A stretch of DNA of 47,082 nt from a virus: IMG/VR virus record IMGVR_UViG_3300046055_000016, positions 1 to 47,082 of that record; one strand, 5' to 3'. Below are positions 15,921-22,420 of this stretch, one piece after another. Made by a program: the position numbers and the translations under genes. Position 1 is the stretch's first letter. Each line of letters starts with the position of its first letter. The notes under the pieces are model-generated. The model did not search any database, had not been told where the DNA came from, and worked only from the letters and a program-made list of their open reading frames with translations.

Positions 15921-16700
15921 TCATAGCCCGGGGCCTGCCACATCGAGCTCGTATGCGCAACGAGGACAGTAATACACCTTCCAATCAGGGTCGTAGTGGA
16001 TCACACCACCAAGATCGTCGGGTAGCTCTTTCTCTTCCCTTTCTTCTAACGACAAGACATTGGTAAACGGATCATCGCCATGAGGGTTGGGATGCCACCC
16101 ATCGCTCGTTACGATGTACTCCTCCCATTGATCGCCTGTGAACTCCCAGACGTGGGAGCTTTGACGCTCTGCGGGGAGATCGTCTAAGCAGTGAACGATC
16201 ACTCTACGAAAAGAGAAAAAATCCTCAAGTTGGCTCACTCGAAAGGCGAACGGCGTGCTGGGCGTCAAACCAAGCTCGTCACACGTCTGCACGACGGCGA
16301 TCTGGTCGCCGACCTCGCCCTCGTCGAACACCCACCATCGAAAGTCATGGTCCAACGAGTGCGCATCGCTCAGGGTGTGTGAGGCAACGGCTTTGCCTAG
16401 CCCTCGCGCCCGGCCCCATCGATGCACAATCTCGTTGAGAGGGCTGCCACTGTCATAAAAACGGAACTGGTATAGATCCCTGGTCTCAACCCGATCGTAT
16501 TCCAAGCGATCCTTGAGAAAATGGAACGTCGACAGGACCGGCCAGCACTCGTCGCGACTGCCGCTGAGCCAGCCGTAAGGCTCGGCGGCGAGCTGACGCC
16601 GCTTCCCTGTCTTTGGCTTGCCCTTGTCGGCTGCGTAGTACAGGCCCATTGACTCACACAGCATGTGATCGAGCACTCGCATCGTCTGCGTGGGCATCAT
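15921..16700 (-). CDS. Hypothetical protein (259 aa) with a C-terminal CPRC motif
   Basis: ORF with GC3 bias; ATGA overlap with the upstream gene. Confidence 0.6.
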   Translation of the reverse strand: MMPTQTMRVLDHMLCESMGLYYAADKGKPKTGKRRQLAAEPYGWLSGSRDECWPVLSTFHFLKDRLEYDRVETRDLYQFRFYDSGSPLNEIVHRWGRARGLGKAVASHTLSDAHSLDHDFRWWVFDEGEVGDQIAVVQTCDELGLTPSTPFAFRVSQLEDFFSFRRVIVHCLDDLPAERQSSHVWEFTGDQWEEYIVTSDGWHPNPHGDDPFTNVLSLEEREEKELPDDLGGVIHYDPDWKVYYCPRCAYELDVAGPGL

Positions 16701-17002
16701 CGCACGTTCCTTTCATAGGCTGCGGCATCCTCGCGTTTGAGGGTGCAACGCTTGCAGCGATCATTCTCAGTGCTGGGGAATGTGACGCGCCTGCAGTGGT
16801 CACACCACTGTCGGTACTTGAGCTTTCTGTAACCCTCGAAGACGAGAACTGCTGGGATGACGATCATCATCACATAGCTACCTATAACAACAGTGAGGTA
16901 CGGGCCATAGGTGACAAGCAACACCCATGCGATGAGCCCAAGGATCACACAGAGCAGCATCCCAAGGGTGCCTGCGATGTTCTTGAGTGTTTCCATTGCC
17001 AT
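16697..17002 (-). CDS. Small membrane protein with a C-terminal zinc ribbon
   Basis: Three hydrophobic segments (LGMLLCVILGLIAWVLLV, LTVVIGSYVMMIVIPAVLVF), then CDHC...CKRC. SD is GGCAGGGGA. Confidence 0.6.
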   Translation of the reverse strand: MAMETLKNIAGTLGMLLCVILGLIAWVLLVTYGPYLTVVIGSYVMMIVIPAVLVFEGYRKLKYRQWCDHCRRVTFPSTENDRCKRCTLKREDAAAYERNVR

Positions 17003-17028
17003 CCCCTGCCTTATGTGTGCTGTGCGTT

Positions 17029-17763
17029 CTACAGCGAGTCGCCATACAAGTCGCGTGGGGTCACAATGATGGGATCCCCGTCGCGCGGGTCGATGTCCCA
17101 GGCGTCGAACTCGCCGTCCTCGTAGTGCACGCCAGGGTCGAGCGGGTGCGCGAGATCCAGGTCCTCGACGGAATAGCCCTGGTCGATTAGCTCTAACGTC
17201 AAGCGCAGATCATCGCGCAGGCGTTGCCTGATCTCCTCGGCTGCGCATCGTTGCTCATCCTCAACCTGAGCGACTAACTCAACAAGGGCCCGCTTGACGA
17301 CGCGCTCGGCGATCAGCTCGACATCGTCGTTTAGCTCTTTGGTGATGTCCAAGCCGTCGATGTAGGCTTGCCGATAAGCCGAGTTGGCAGGATCCGGCAA
17401 CAACCCCTCAACCGCGTCGTAGCTCAGATCCACGATGTGCTCGGTCGGCGGCATGAGCGTTCCACAAAAACACTGAAAGCGGTAATGCCCACCGATACAG
17501 CGTGGTTGGCTCGGATCCTCGAAGTGGGTGTGCAGGCCAATGGCGCCAGCGGCGATGTCCTGGCCACAGCCGTCACAGCGACGCTCCCACCGATGTGCAA
17601 CAGCGAGGTGGCAGCCCTTGGGGCAGACCCTGGCGGTCGTTGGTGGCACCCGAACCGATTGACTCTTTCGCTTGATCGTGACGGGCTCTTGCAGGGCGTT
17701 GTAGTCCCTGGCAACGTCACGCACGGCCGTAACGAGCATGTCGTGGATCCTTGCCTTATCCAT
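17029..17763 (-). CDS. Hypothetical Cys-rich protein
   Basis: Start set to the ATG at 17763 (MDKARIHD), preceded by GGAAGGGAGA. Several Cys/His clusters (CPKGCH, CDGCG, CFCG). Confidence 0.55.
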   Translation of the reverse strand: MDKARIHDMLVTAVRDVARDYNALQEPVTIKRKSQSVRVPPTTARVCPKGCHLAVAHRWERRCDGCGQDIAAGAIGLHTHFEDPSQPRCIGGHYRFQCFCGTLMPPTEHIVDLSYDAVEGLLPDPANSAYRQAYIDGLDITKELNDDVELIAERVVKRALVELVAQVEDEQRCAAEEIRQRLRDDLRLTLELIDQGYSVEDLDLAHPLDPGVHYEDGEFDAWDIDPRDGDPIIVTPRDLYGDSL

Positions 17764-17792
17764 AGCGTCTCCCTTCCTGTCCCTTGTGTGTG

Positions 17793-18080
17793 CTAGCCGG
17801 TTGGTTCCACGGTGGCAACGCCACCAAAGTCGGTTTCTTGCCAGCCATAGTCGTTGGGGCGACCACTGGTCACGACGCGCCATCCCATGTAACTCAATAC
17901 CCAATCGAGATCAATAGGGTTGTCCTCGTCTTGGGGTAGGTCGGCATGATCAACGACCCCGTCCTCTTCCACCCATGCCTGGCCATCGGGATCCCATACG
18001 TTTTTGACAACGAGGACTTCAGGGTCACCGTAATAGCCATCGGTCACGGCGTAAGCGGCGTAAGTCACTCGCTCGGTCAT
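17793..18080 (-). CDS. Small acidic protein, paralog family member 1
   Basis: Aligns by eye with 18096..18371 (MTE.V.Y...AV...PE..VV...WD...W...G.V...ED..N..D..VL...GW..V...FG.V..VEPTG). Confidence 0.65.
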   Translation of the reverse strand: MTERVTYAAYAVTDGYYGDPEVLVVKNVWDPDGQAWVEEDGVVDHADLPQDEDNPIDLDWVLSYMGWRVVTSGRPNDYGWQETDFGGVATVEPTG

Positions 18081-18095
18081 GATGTCCCCTTTGCG

Positions 18096-18371
18096 TTACG
18101 AGCCGGTCGGCTCCACAACGGTGACGGCGCCAAAGTTGGTATCCTCCCAAACCTCACCAACAATGTGCCATCCCCTCTCGTCCAAGACCCCCTCGACGTC
18201 GACGAGATTGCCGCTGTCCTCGTAGGGCCACTCGGCTCGGGCCACGACATCGCCGGTGTACTCCCATATCTCGTCGGATGCGTCCCACTTGGCGGCAACG
18301 ACGACGATCTCGGGTCCGCCGTCTTCGTCGGCGGCGACGGCATTGACGATGTAGCGCACCAACTCGGTCAC
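18096..18371 (-). CDS. Small acidic protein, paralog family member 2
   Basis: GTG start after AAAGGGGA; tandem paralog of 17793..18080. Confidence 0.65.
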   Translation of the reverse strand: MTELVRYIVNAVAADEDGGPEIVVVAAKWDASDEIWEYTGDVVARAEWPYEDSGNLVDVEGVLDERGWHIVGEVWEDTNFGAVTVVEPTGS

Positions 18372-18436
18372 GATATCCCCTTTCTCACGTTTCCCTTTCT
18401 AGGCTCTATTTTATCATGCCAAAGTCAGGTTGTCAA

Positions 18437-18634
18437 TCATGCGACTATCTCTATCTCGACTTTGACATGATGCTCGTGCTGGAGGTAGGCCTGTGCCAGG
18501 CGCTGTTGGGCATGGTCCACGCACACAGGACCGATGCGCACCGTTGAGTTATGGCTAGTGACGACGACCTCATGGGTGGCCAGCTCCAGGCAGTTGCCTT
18601 GCGGGCAAACTTCAGTCTCGTTCTCTGTCACCAC
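18437..18634 (-). CDS. Hypothetical small Cys-containing protein
   Basis: GTG start at 18634 after AAGGGGG; overlaps the stop of the upstream gene; GC3-rich. Confidence 0.45.
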   Translation of the reverse strand: MVTENETEVCPQGNCLELATHEVVVTSHNSTVRIGPVCVDHAQQRLAQAYLQHEHHVKVEIEIVA

Positions 18635-18924
18635 AGCACCCCCTTGGGATCCGGGTAGGGCAGCACGGTTAGCTCCTTTGGACTGGGCAGTCGCAAGACA
18701 AGCTCGAGGCAGGCGTCCAAGCCGTTGGGCGCGCGAACAGTGGTGACGACGTAGCCCGCCCGGCGTAAGCACGCGGCTGCCGGCTGGATAGGAAACCCGT
18801 CGTCGTCACAAGGCCAATCCAGCGATAGGTGTGTCTGGCCAAAGTGGCGCGCGAGCTTTCGCACGATAAGGATGCGGGGCCCGTCTGCGTGATGCCGAAC
18901 GGGCTTGGCGACATACTCCTCCAC
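18628..18924 (-). CDS. Hypothetical protein
   Basis: GTG start after AGAAAGGA; 98 aa. Confidence 0.5.
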   Translation of the reverse strand: MEEYVAKPVRHHADGPRILIVRKLARHFGQTHLSLDWPCDDDGFPIQPAAACLRRAGYVVTTVRAPNGLDACLELVLRLPSPKELTVLPYPDPKGVLW

Positions 18925-19010
18925 GGTCTATCCTTTCTGTTGGGGAGTAGGGAGTCGGTCGGTTGCCACCCCAGGGGGCAGGGGTGGCAGCCAACCCAAA
19001 ACGAGCGAGC

Positions 19011-19319
19011 TTACATGAGTGCGGGCACATCGACGACGGCTTCCCACCCACCCGCGAAAGGAACCCAAGCGTGTGGGCCACATGACTCATAACCCAAACC
19101 GAGTCGGTTGATATATCCTTCAGCGTCGGTGTGCTCGGCGTTCCATACACACCAGTTCTCAATACCCCAACTGACCCACTTGGTTCGCTGCGGGTCGAAC
19201 TCTTCGAGGTAAACGCGGATCATGGGGCTATCGACGTACTCTGTCTCGGCACGGGCAACGGTGCGATGACGCCACGGGATAATAAGATCGCCGGAAGGCT
19301 GCAGTGAGTGCCATGCCAT
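19011..19319 (-). CDS. Hypothetical Trp-rich protein
   Basis: ATG at 19319, preceded by CGCACACGCAAAAGAAAGGGGA. Confidence 0.55.
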   Translation of the reverse strand: MAWHSLQPSGDLIIPWRHRTVARAETEYVDSPMIRVYLEEFDPQRTKWVSWGIENWCVWNAEHTDAEGYINRLGLGYESCGPHAWVPFAGGWEAVVDVPALM

Positions 19320-19347
19320 GTCGTCCCCTTTCTTTTGCGTGTGCGAG

Positions 19348-19632
19348 CTAGAACAACGCCAAGGGCTTGACGCTTGCCACATAGCCGCAGGCAACGTGGA
19401 CCCAATCGCTTTCGCGTTGCCATCCCATATTCTCTAGGATCGCATCGGCAGGCTCGAAGACCCTTATGCCAGTAACAGCGTCAACGGTGGAAAGCCAATC
19501 GGCGCTACTCAAGACACCCCCCTCTTCCCATTCGCCATCGTCGTGTTGATATGTCTCAACGACGATGACCTCCGCTTGATCGAAAACATCATCCTCGCCC
19601 TTGGTTGCTTGAGCGTAATGACGCGTGATCAT
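19348..19632 (-). CDS. Small acidic protein, probable distant member of the 17793/18096 family
   Basis: ATG at 19632 after GAAAGGGGG. Shares the pattern AEVIVVE...DDGEWEEGGVL...ILENMGW. Confidence 0.55.
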   Translation of the reverse strand: MITRHYAQATKGEDDVFDQAEVIVVETYQHDDGEWEEGGVLSSADWLSTVDAVTGIRVFEPADAILENMGWQRESDWVHVACGYVASVKPLALF

Positions 19633-19736
19633 CCCACCCCCTTTCGCGTGTGTGGAGTCGTCCCCTGTGTGTCCTTGTGCTTTTTGGGAGGGTCCCCCGC
19701 CCCAAGGGGACATAGAGGCGGGGGACGGCAGTAGGT

Positions 19737-20033
19737 CTAGTCGATTAGCTCAACGCTAGGGAGTCGATAGACGGTGGCCGAGACAGTGACGCCGTGGCCA
19801 ACAGGCTCCCATTCATAGCCTTTGGGTCGACGGAAGCCGTGTCTGAGCAATACCCAATCGCGGTAGTCGGCTAAGCCAGACTGGTCATAGGTCCACGGCA
19901 GCCAATCCACGTATTCGTCATACTCCCATTCCGCTCTGACCCCTGATCGAGCCTCACGAATGATGGCAACGCCGGGACCCTCGGGCCGTGTGTTGGGGCT
20001 ATAGGCGCGAGCCCTTAGGCGCCACTCGGTCAT
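19737..20033 (-). CDS. Small protein, possible distant member of the same family
   Basis: ATG at 20033 after AGAAAGGGGA. Pattern GPGVAIIREA...AEWEYDEYVDW...WVLLRHGF. Confidence 0.5.
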   Translation of the reverse strand: MTEWRLRARAYSPNTRPEGPGVAIIREARSGVRAEWEYDEYVDWLPWTYDQSGLADYRDWVLLRHGFRRPKGYEWEPVGHGVTVSATVYRLPSVELID

Positions 20034-20065
20034 GCCGTCCCCTTTCTGCGTCGATGAGTGCCCTC

Positions 20066-20278
20066 TCAACGGCTTTGGTCGGCCAGGGGTATCCCCAACG
20101 TCGCCAGTGCTTGAGCTTTGGCGTGTGCGGCGATACAGCGCTGTCTGTGAGCTTGCGTGTAGCTCAGGTTGGGTACCACGACCGGCTCACCCAAGGCACG
20201 CTCTATCCGCTGATAGGTGCGTGCGTCCCCGAGGAGAACAGCCCCTGCGGCTGCGTCTCTGAGCTTGCCTACGTCCAT
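20066..20278 (-). CDS. Hypothetical small helical protein
   Basis: The ATG at 20278 lies about 20 nt downstream of a conserved-motif copy; 70 aa. Confidence 0.5.
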   Translation of the reverse strand: MDVGKLRDAAAGAVLLGDARTYQRIERALGEPVVVPNLSYTQAHRQRCIAAHAKAQALATLGIPLADQSR

Positions 20279-20284
20279 ACCAAT

Positions 20285-20312
20285 CCCCCAGAACCTGCGA
20301 TTACGGACACTG
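20285..20312 (-). promoter_or_regulatory. Conserved early intergenic motif, copy (minus strand CAGTGTCCGTAATCGCAGGTTCTGGGGG)
   Basis: One of five copies. It lies between the stop at 20319 and the ATG at 20278. Confidence 0.6.
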
Positions 20313-20318
20313 TTTCCG

Positions 20319-20588
20319 CTATTCGCCGTCGTTGATCCTTTCGTCTAGGTCATCGTCGTTGAGCACGTTGATTGCGTAGAACAACGCATCCTTGCGTGCA
20401 GCTGCACGCTCACTTTGCACCCGAGCCTCGAAGTAGCGCTTTTGGTCGTTATCGGTTTTGTGTGGCGGCCGGTAATCCCATACCTGTCGCGTTGCCGGTT
20501 CGTAATCCTCCCCGTGGGTGCGCTGCAGCTCGCGCCAGAGCACGTCACTTGCAAGGTCAATCTGTTCCCCATCGGTCCTATAGCGCAT
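20319..20588 (-). CDS. Hypothetical small protein
   Basis: 89-aa ORF with its ATG at 20588 after GAAAGGCGG. Confidence 0.55.
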   Translation of the reverse strand: MRYRTDGEQIDLASDVLWRELQRTHGEDYEPATRQVWDYRPPHKTDNDQKRYFEARVQSERAAARKDALFYAINVLNDDDLDERINDGE

Positions 20589-20606
20589 GATGCCGCCTTT
20601 CGCGTA

Positions 20607-20632
20607 CCCCGAATGACCGATTACGGATCATC
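20607..20632 (-). promoter_or_regulatory. Conserved early intergenic motif, copy (minus strand GATGATCCGTAATCGGTCATTCGGGG)
   Basis: The most divergent of the five copies. It lies between the stop at 20643 and the ATG at 20588. Confidence 0.5.
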
Positions 20633-20642
20633 CGACCGTGGG

Positions 20643-20837
20643 TTAGTCGAACTCTTGGGCCAGCGCGGTCAGCGCCTCCACGCGGCCGAGCGCTTGTGAG
20701 ACGCGCCAGCCTTGCGTTTCGAGATCCTGGCCGCTGGCGCCTTCCCCCCGCAACTGGCGCAAGAACGACAGCTCCACGCTTGCGTCCACGCGCGCTTGGT
20801 CCAGGTGATCCTGCACAGCGTGCTCATGCATGGCCAT
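20643..20837 (-). CDS. Hypothetical small helical protein
   Basis: 64-aa ORF with its ATG at 20837 after AAAAGGGGA. Confidence 0.5.
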   Translation of the reverse strand: MAMHEHAVQDHLDQARVDASVELSFLRQLRGEGASGQDLETQGWRVSQALGRVEALTALAQEFD

Positions 20838-20868
20838 CCCCTTTTGCGTCCCCTTGTGTGTGTGTGAA

Positions 20869-20903
20869 GTGCCCGTAACCCAAAACTTGCGATTACGGAC
20901 ACC
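20869..20903 (-). promoter_or_regulatory. Conserved early intergenic motif, copy with an inverted half-site (GGTGTCCGTAATC-N10-GGTTACGGGCAC)
   Basis: The motif at 20878..20903 is followed on the minus strand by an inverted copy of its 5' half (plus-strand GTGCCCGTAACC at 20869..20880). Confidence 0.6.
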
Positions 20904-20914
20904 GGCTTTGTGGC

Positions 20915-21110
20915 CTAGCTCAGCTCTGCCATCCGCATGGCCCGAGGCAACAGCACCTGATAGGCGACTGCCGCATCGTTGCGCTCACGCTCAAGGCGGT
21001 CACGCGTGGCCTCGTCCTCTGTATGACGCAGAAGCTCATCCTTGGCTTGAAGCCAACGCCTGCCATTGGTCTAGCTCATCGTCGATCGCGTCCACTGTGT
21101 CCCAATCCAC
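20915..21110 (-). pseudogene. Small helical-protein gene interrupted by a 1-nt frame shift
   Basis: GTG at 21110 follows GAAAGGGGG. The frame stops at 21036 after 24 aa. A second frame then continues to the TAG at 20915 and reads ...WLQAKDELLRHTEDEATRDRLERERNDAAVAYQVLLPRAMRMAELS. The total span of 196 nt is 65 codons plus 1 nt. Confidence 0.5.
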
Positions 21111-21199
21111 TGCCACCCCCTTTCACTGCGTCCCCTTATCTGCGCCGGCTAGGCGCAGAGCGCGACACAAGCGGTGCTTGCGCAACGCTTAGCGGCGAG

Positions 21200-21433
21200 C
21201 TAGTCGACAAGACCGCAGTCCCTGGCCAGCTCAGCCAGCACTAGCCAGCGCTGCCATGCGACCTGGTAGGCAGCTTTGCGCGCGGCGTAGTCGTCATCGT
21301 CACCATCACCATCACCGTCACCGTGGGTCGCGAGATAGCGGTCCTGGGCGTGCTGTAGCCACACGCGCTCACTGTCCAGGCGCGCGGCAATGACATCGGC
21401 GCAGCTCTGTCCGGCTGCTGCGACGGCGCTCAT
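21200..21433 (-). CDS. Hypothetical small protein with a (GD)n/D-rich tract
   Basis: ATG at 21433 after GAAAGGAGG; contains GDGDGDGDDDD; 77 aa. Confidence 0.55.
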   Translation of the reverse strand: MSAVAAAGQSCADVIAARLDSERVWLQHAQDRYLATHGDGDGDGDDDDYAARKAAYQVAWQRWLVLAELARDCGLVD

Positions 21434-21451
21434 GGTGCCTCCTTTCGTGAC

Positions 21452-21527
21452 GCACTCGCGCGTTTCGCGAGTGCGGTTGGGTGTGCGCCCCGTCTGAGCG
21501 CAGGGAAGCACACCCGAGCGGGTGTGC
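21452..21527 (-). promoter_or_regulatory. Two hairpins with a possible alternative pairing between the first and second early genes
   Basis: First hairpin: GCACTCGCG-CGTTT-CGCGAGTGC at 21452..21474. Second: GCACACCC-GAGC-GGGTGTGC at 21508..21527. A third GGGTGTGC at 21479..21486 can also pair with 21508..21515. Confidence 0.4.
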
Positions 21528-21545
21528 AACCCAACGACCAGCGAG

Positions 21546-21773
21546 CTAGCGCAGTCCGATGCGCTTGGCTTGGGCAAGGACTTGTGTGTAGCGCTGGCAG
21601 GTCTCGTTGTACCTGCGCTGCACCCCGGCGCGCGTCTGCGGATCGAGCGGTTCACCCAACAAGTCGTGCTGTCCACGGATCATGTCGGATAGCTGGGCCA
21701 ACTCCCCCATGATCTCGTTGTCTAACCGACGCATCTTGTAGTCCCCTTTCCTGGCATCCCCTTGCCTTACCAT
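21546..21773 (-). CDS. First early gene, hypothetical small protein
   Basis: The ATG at 21773 coincides with the predicted transcription start, which suggests a leaderless mRNA. An in-frame alternative ATG at 21734 is preceded by GGAAAGGGGA. Confidence 0.55.
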   Translation of the reverse strand: MVRQGDARKGDYKMRRLDNEIMGELAQLSDMIRGQHDLLGEPLDPQTRAGVQRRYNETCQRYTQVLAQAKRIGLR

Positions 21774-21779
21774 ATCTAC

Positions 21780-21808
21780 AACGTAGCATCATGCCAAGGC
21801 GTTGTCAA
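21780..21808 (-). promoter_or_regulatory. Leftward early promoter, sigma70-type: TTGACA-N17-TACGTT with a TGn extended -10
   Basis: The minus strand reads TTGACAacgccttggcatgaTGcTACGTTgtagatATG. The -35 is perfect, the spacer is 17 nt and the -10 is TAnnnT. It faces the leftward gene array. Confidence 0.65.
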
Positions 21809-21843
21809 CCGCTGATCCTAATCTCTTATATTCGCCCGTCCCA

Positions 21844-21863
21844 ACGCGCGCGTACGCGCGTGT
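21844..21863. repeat. 20-nt alternating purine-pyrimidine tract containing the perfect palindrome CGCGCGTACGCGCG
   Basis: Seen directly, about 40 nt upstream of the -35 of the leftward promoter. Confidence 0.8.
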
Positions 21864-22010
21864 TCGTGGCAGTGCGCAAGCCACCGTGTGCTCAAGGGGA
21901 CATAACCGCGCAGGCAGGCCGAGTAGATATACCGAGCGGTATAAGAACTAGGTTTCTACGTGATGGGGGGTGAGAACCCTTTCCCCTATCTCTCCCTCCC
22001 CTCTCCCTAG

Positions 22011-22065
22011 GAACAAACGTTCGACCAACACGCTTTGACTAGTCTGTTTTCGATCGTTTGTTCGA
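22011..22065. promoter_or_regulatory. Inverted pair of GAACAAACG(T/A)TCGA boxes separated by 25 nt
   Basis: GAACAAACGTTCGA at 22011..22024 and TCGATCGTTTGTTCGA at 22050..22065. They share the core of the boxes at 14888 and 15048. Confidence 0.55.
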
Positions 22066-22077
22066 TATAGCTCAACA

Positions 22078-22168
22078 TAACTCGTAAACCTAAGCGAGTT
22101 ATAACTTGTAAACCACTCAAGGCTCCTCCCCCTCACTAGTCATTATGTAAACCCTCCCCCGCACTAGT
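22078..22168. repeat. AT-richer block with GTAAACC x3, CTCCCCC-(T/G)CACTAGT x2 and the hairpin ATAACTCG-N10-CGAGTTAT
   Basis: Seen directly. The layout is iteron-like and this is the least GC-rich non-coding stretch of the window. I consider it a candidate origin or control region. Confidence 0.4.
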
Positions 22169-22179
22169 TCGCGAGACCT

Positions 22180-22205
22180 CCCCCCACCCCACGAGTCCCC
22201 CACCC
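22180..22205 (-). other. G-quadruplex-type motif on the minus strand (GGGTGGGGGACTCGTGGGGTGGGGGG)
   Basis: Four G-tracts of 3 or more with loops of 1, 6 and 1 nt. Such motifs are not rare in GC-rich DNA. Confidence 0.4.
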
Positions 22206-22420
22206 ACGCGCGCACCAAAGGGACCGCGAGGCGGGTAGGTCGGTATTGTCTTATGCCCACCCTCTCGATCGCACCATCTCCCCACCCTTCCCATCCCGCA
22301 CTCTGCGGTACTCCCACTGCCACGACGACAACAACGATGGCGACAGGCGTTGGAAGGGAGAGCTACCCCTCGGGTTGGCACGAGGCCGATTGCCACCACC
22401 CCCGGGGACCCACAGGCCGT

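Noticed and set aside
18958-19720. GC-rich intergenic hairpins (for example TGCCACCCC-N8-GGGGTGGCA near 18975 and GTCCCCCGCC-N15-GGCGGGGGAC near 19680) as intrinsic terminators
   Set aside because: The stems are real, but no U-tract follows on the transcribed (minus) strand and downstream genes are tightly coupled. They may be processing or stability elements, and I did not call them terminators.
21285-21330. Hexanucleotide microsatellite (CACCAT/CACCGT)n, with a similar (GGCGAC)n at 28477..28510, as contingency loci
   Set aside because: Only 3-4 in-frame units are present, each encoding short GD tracts. Any length change would stay in frame, so there is nothing to indicate phase variation.
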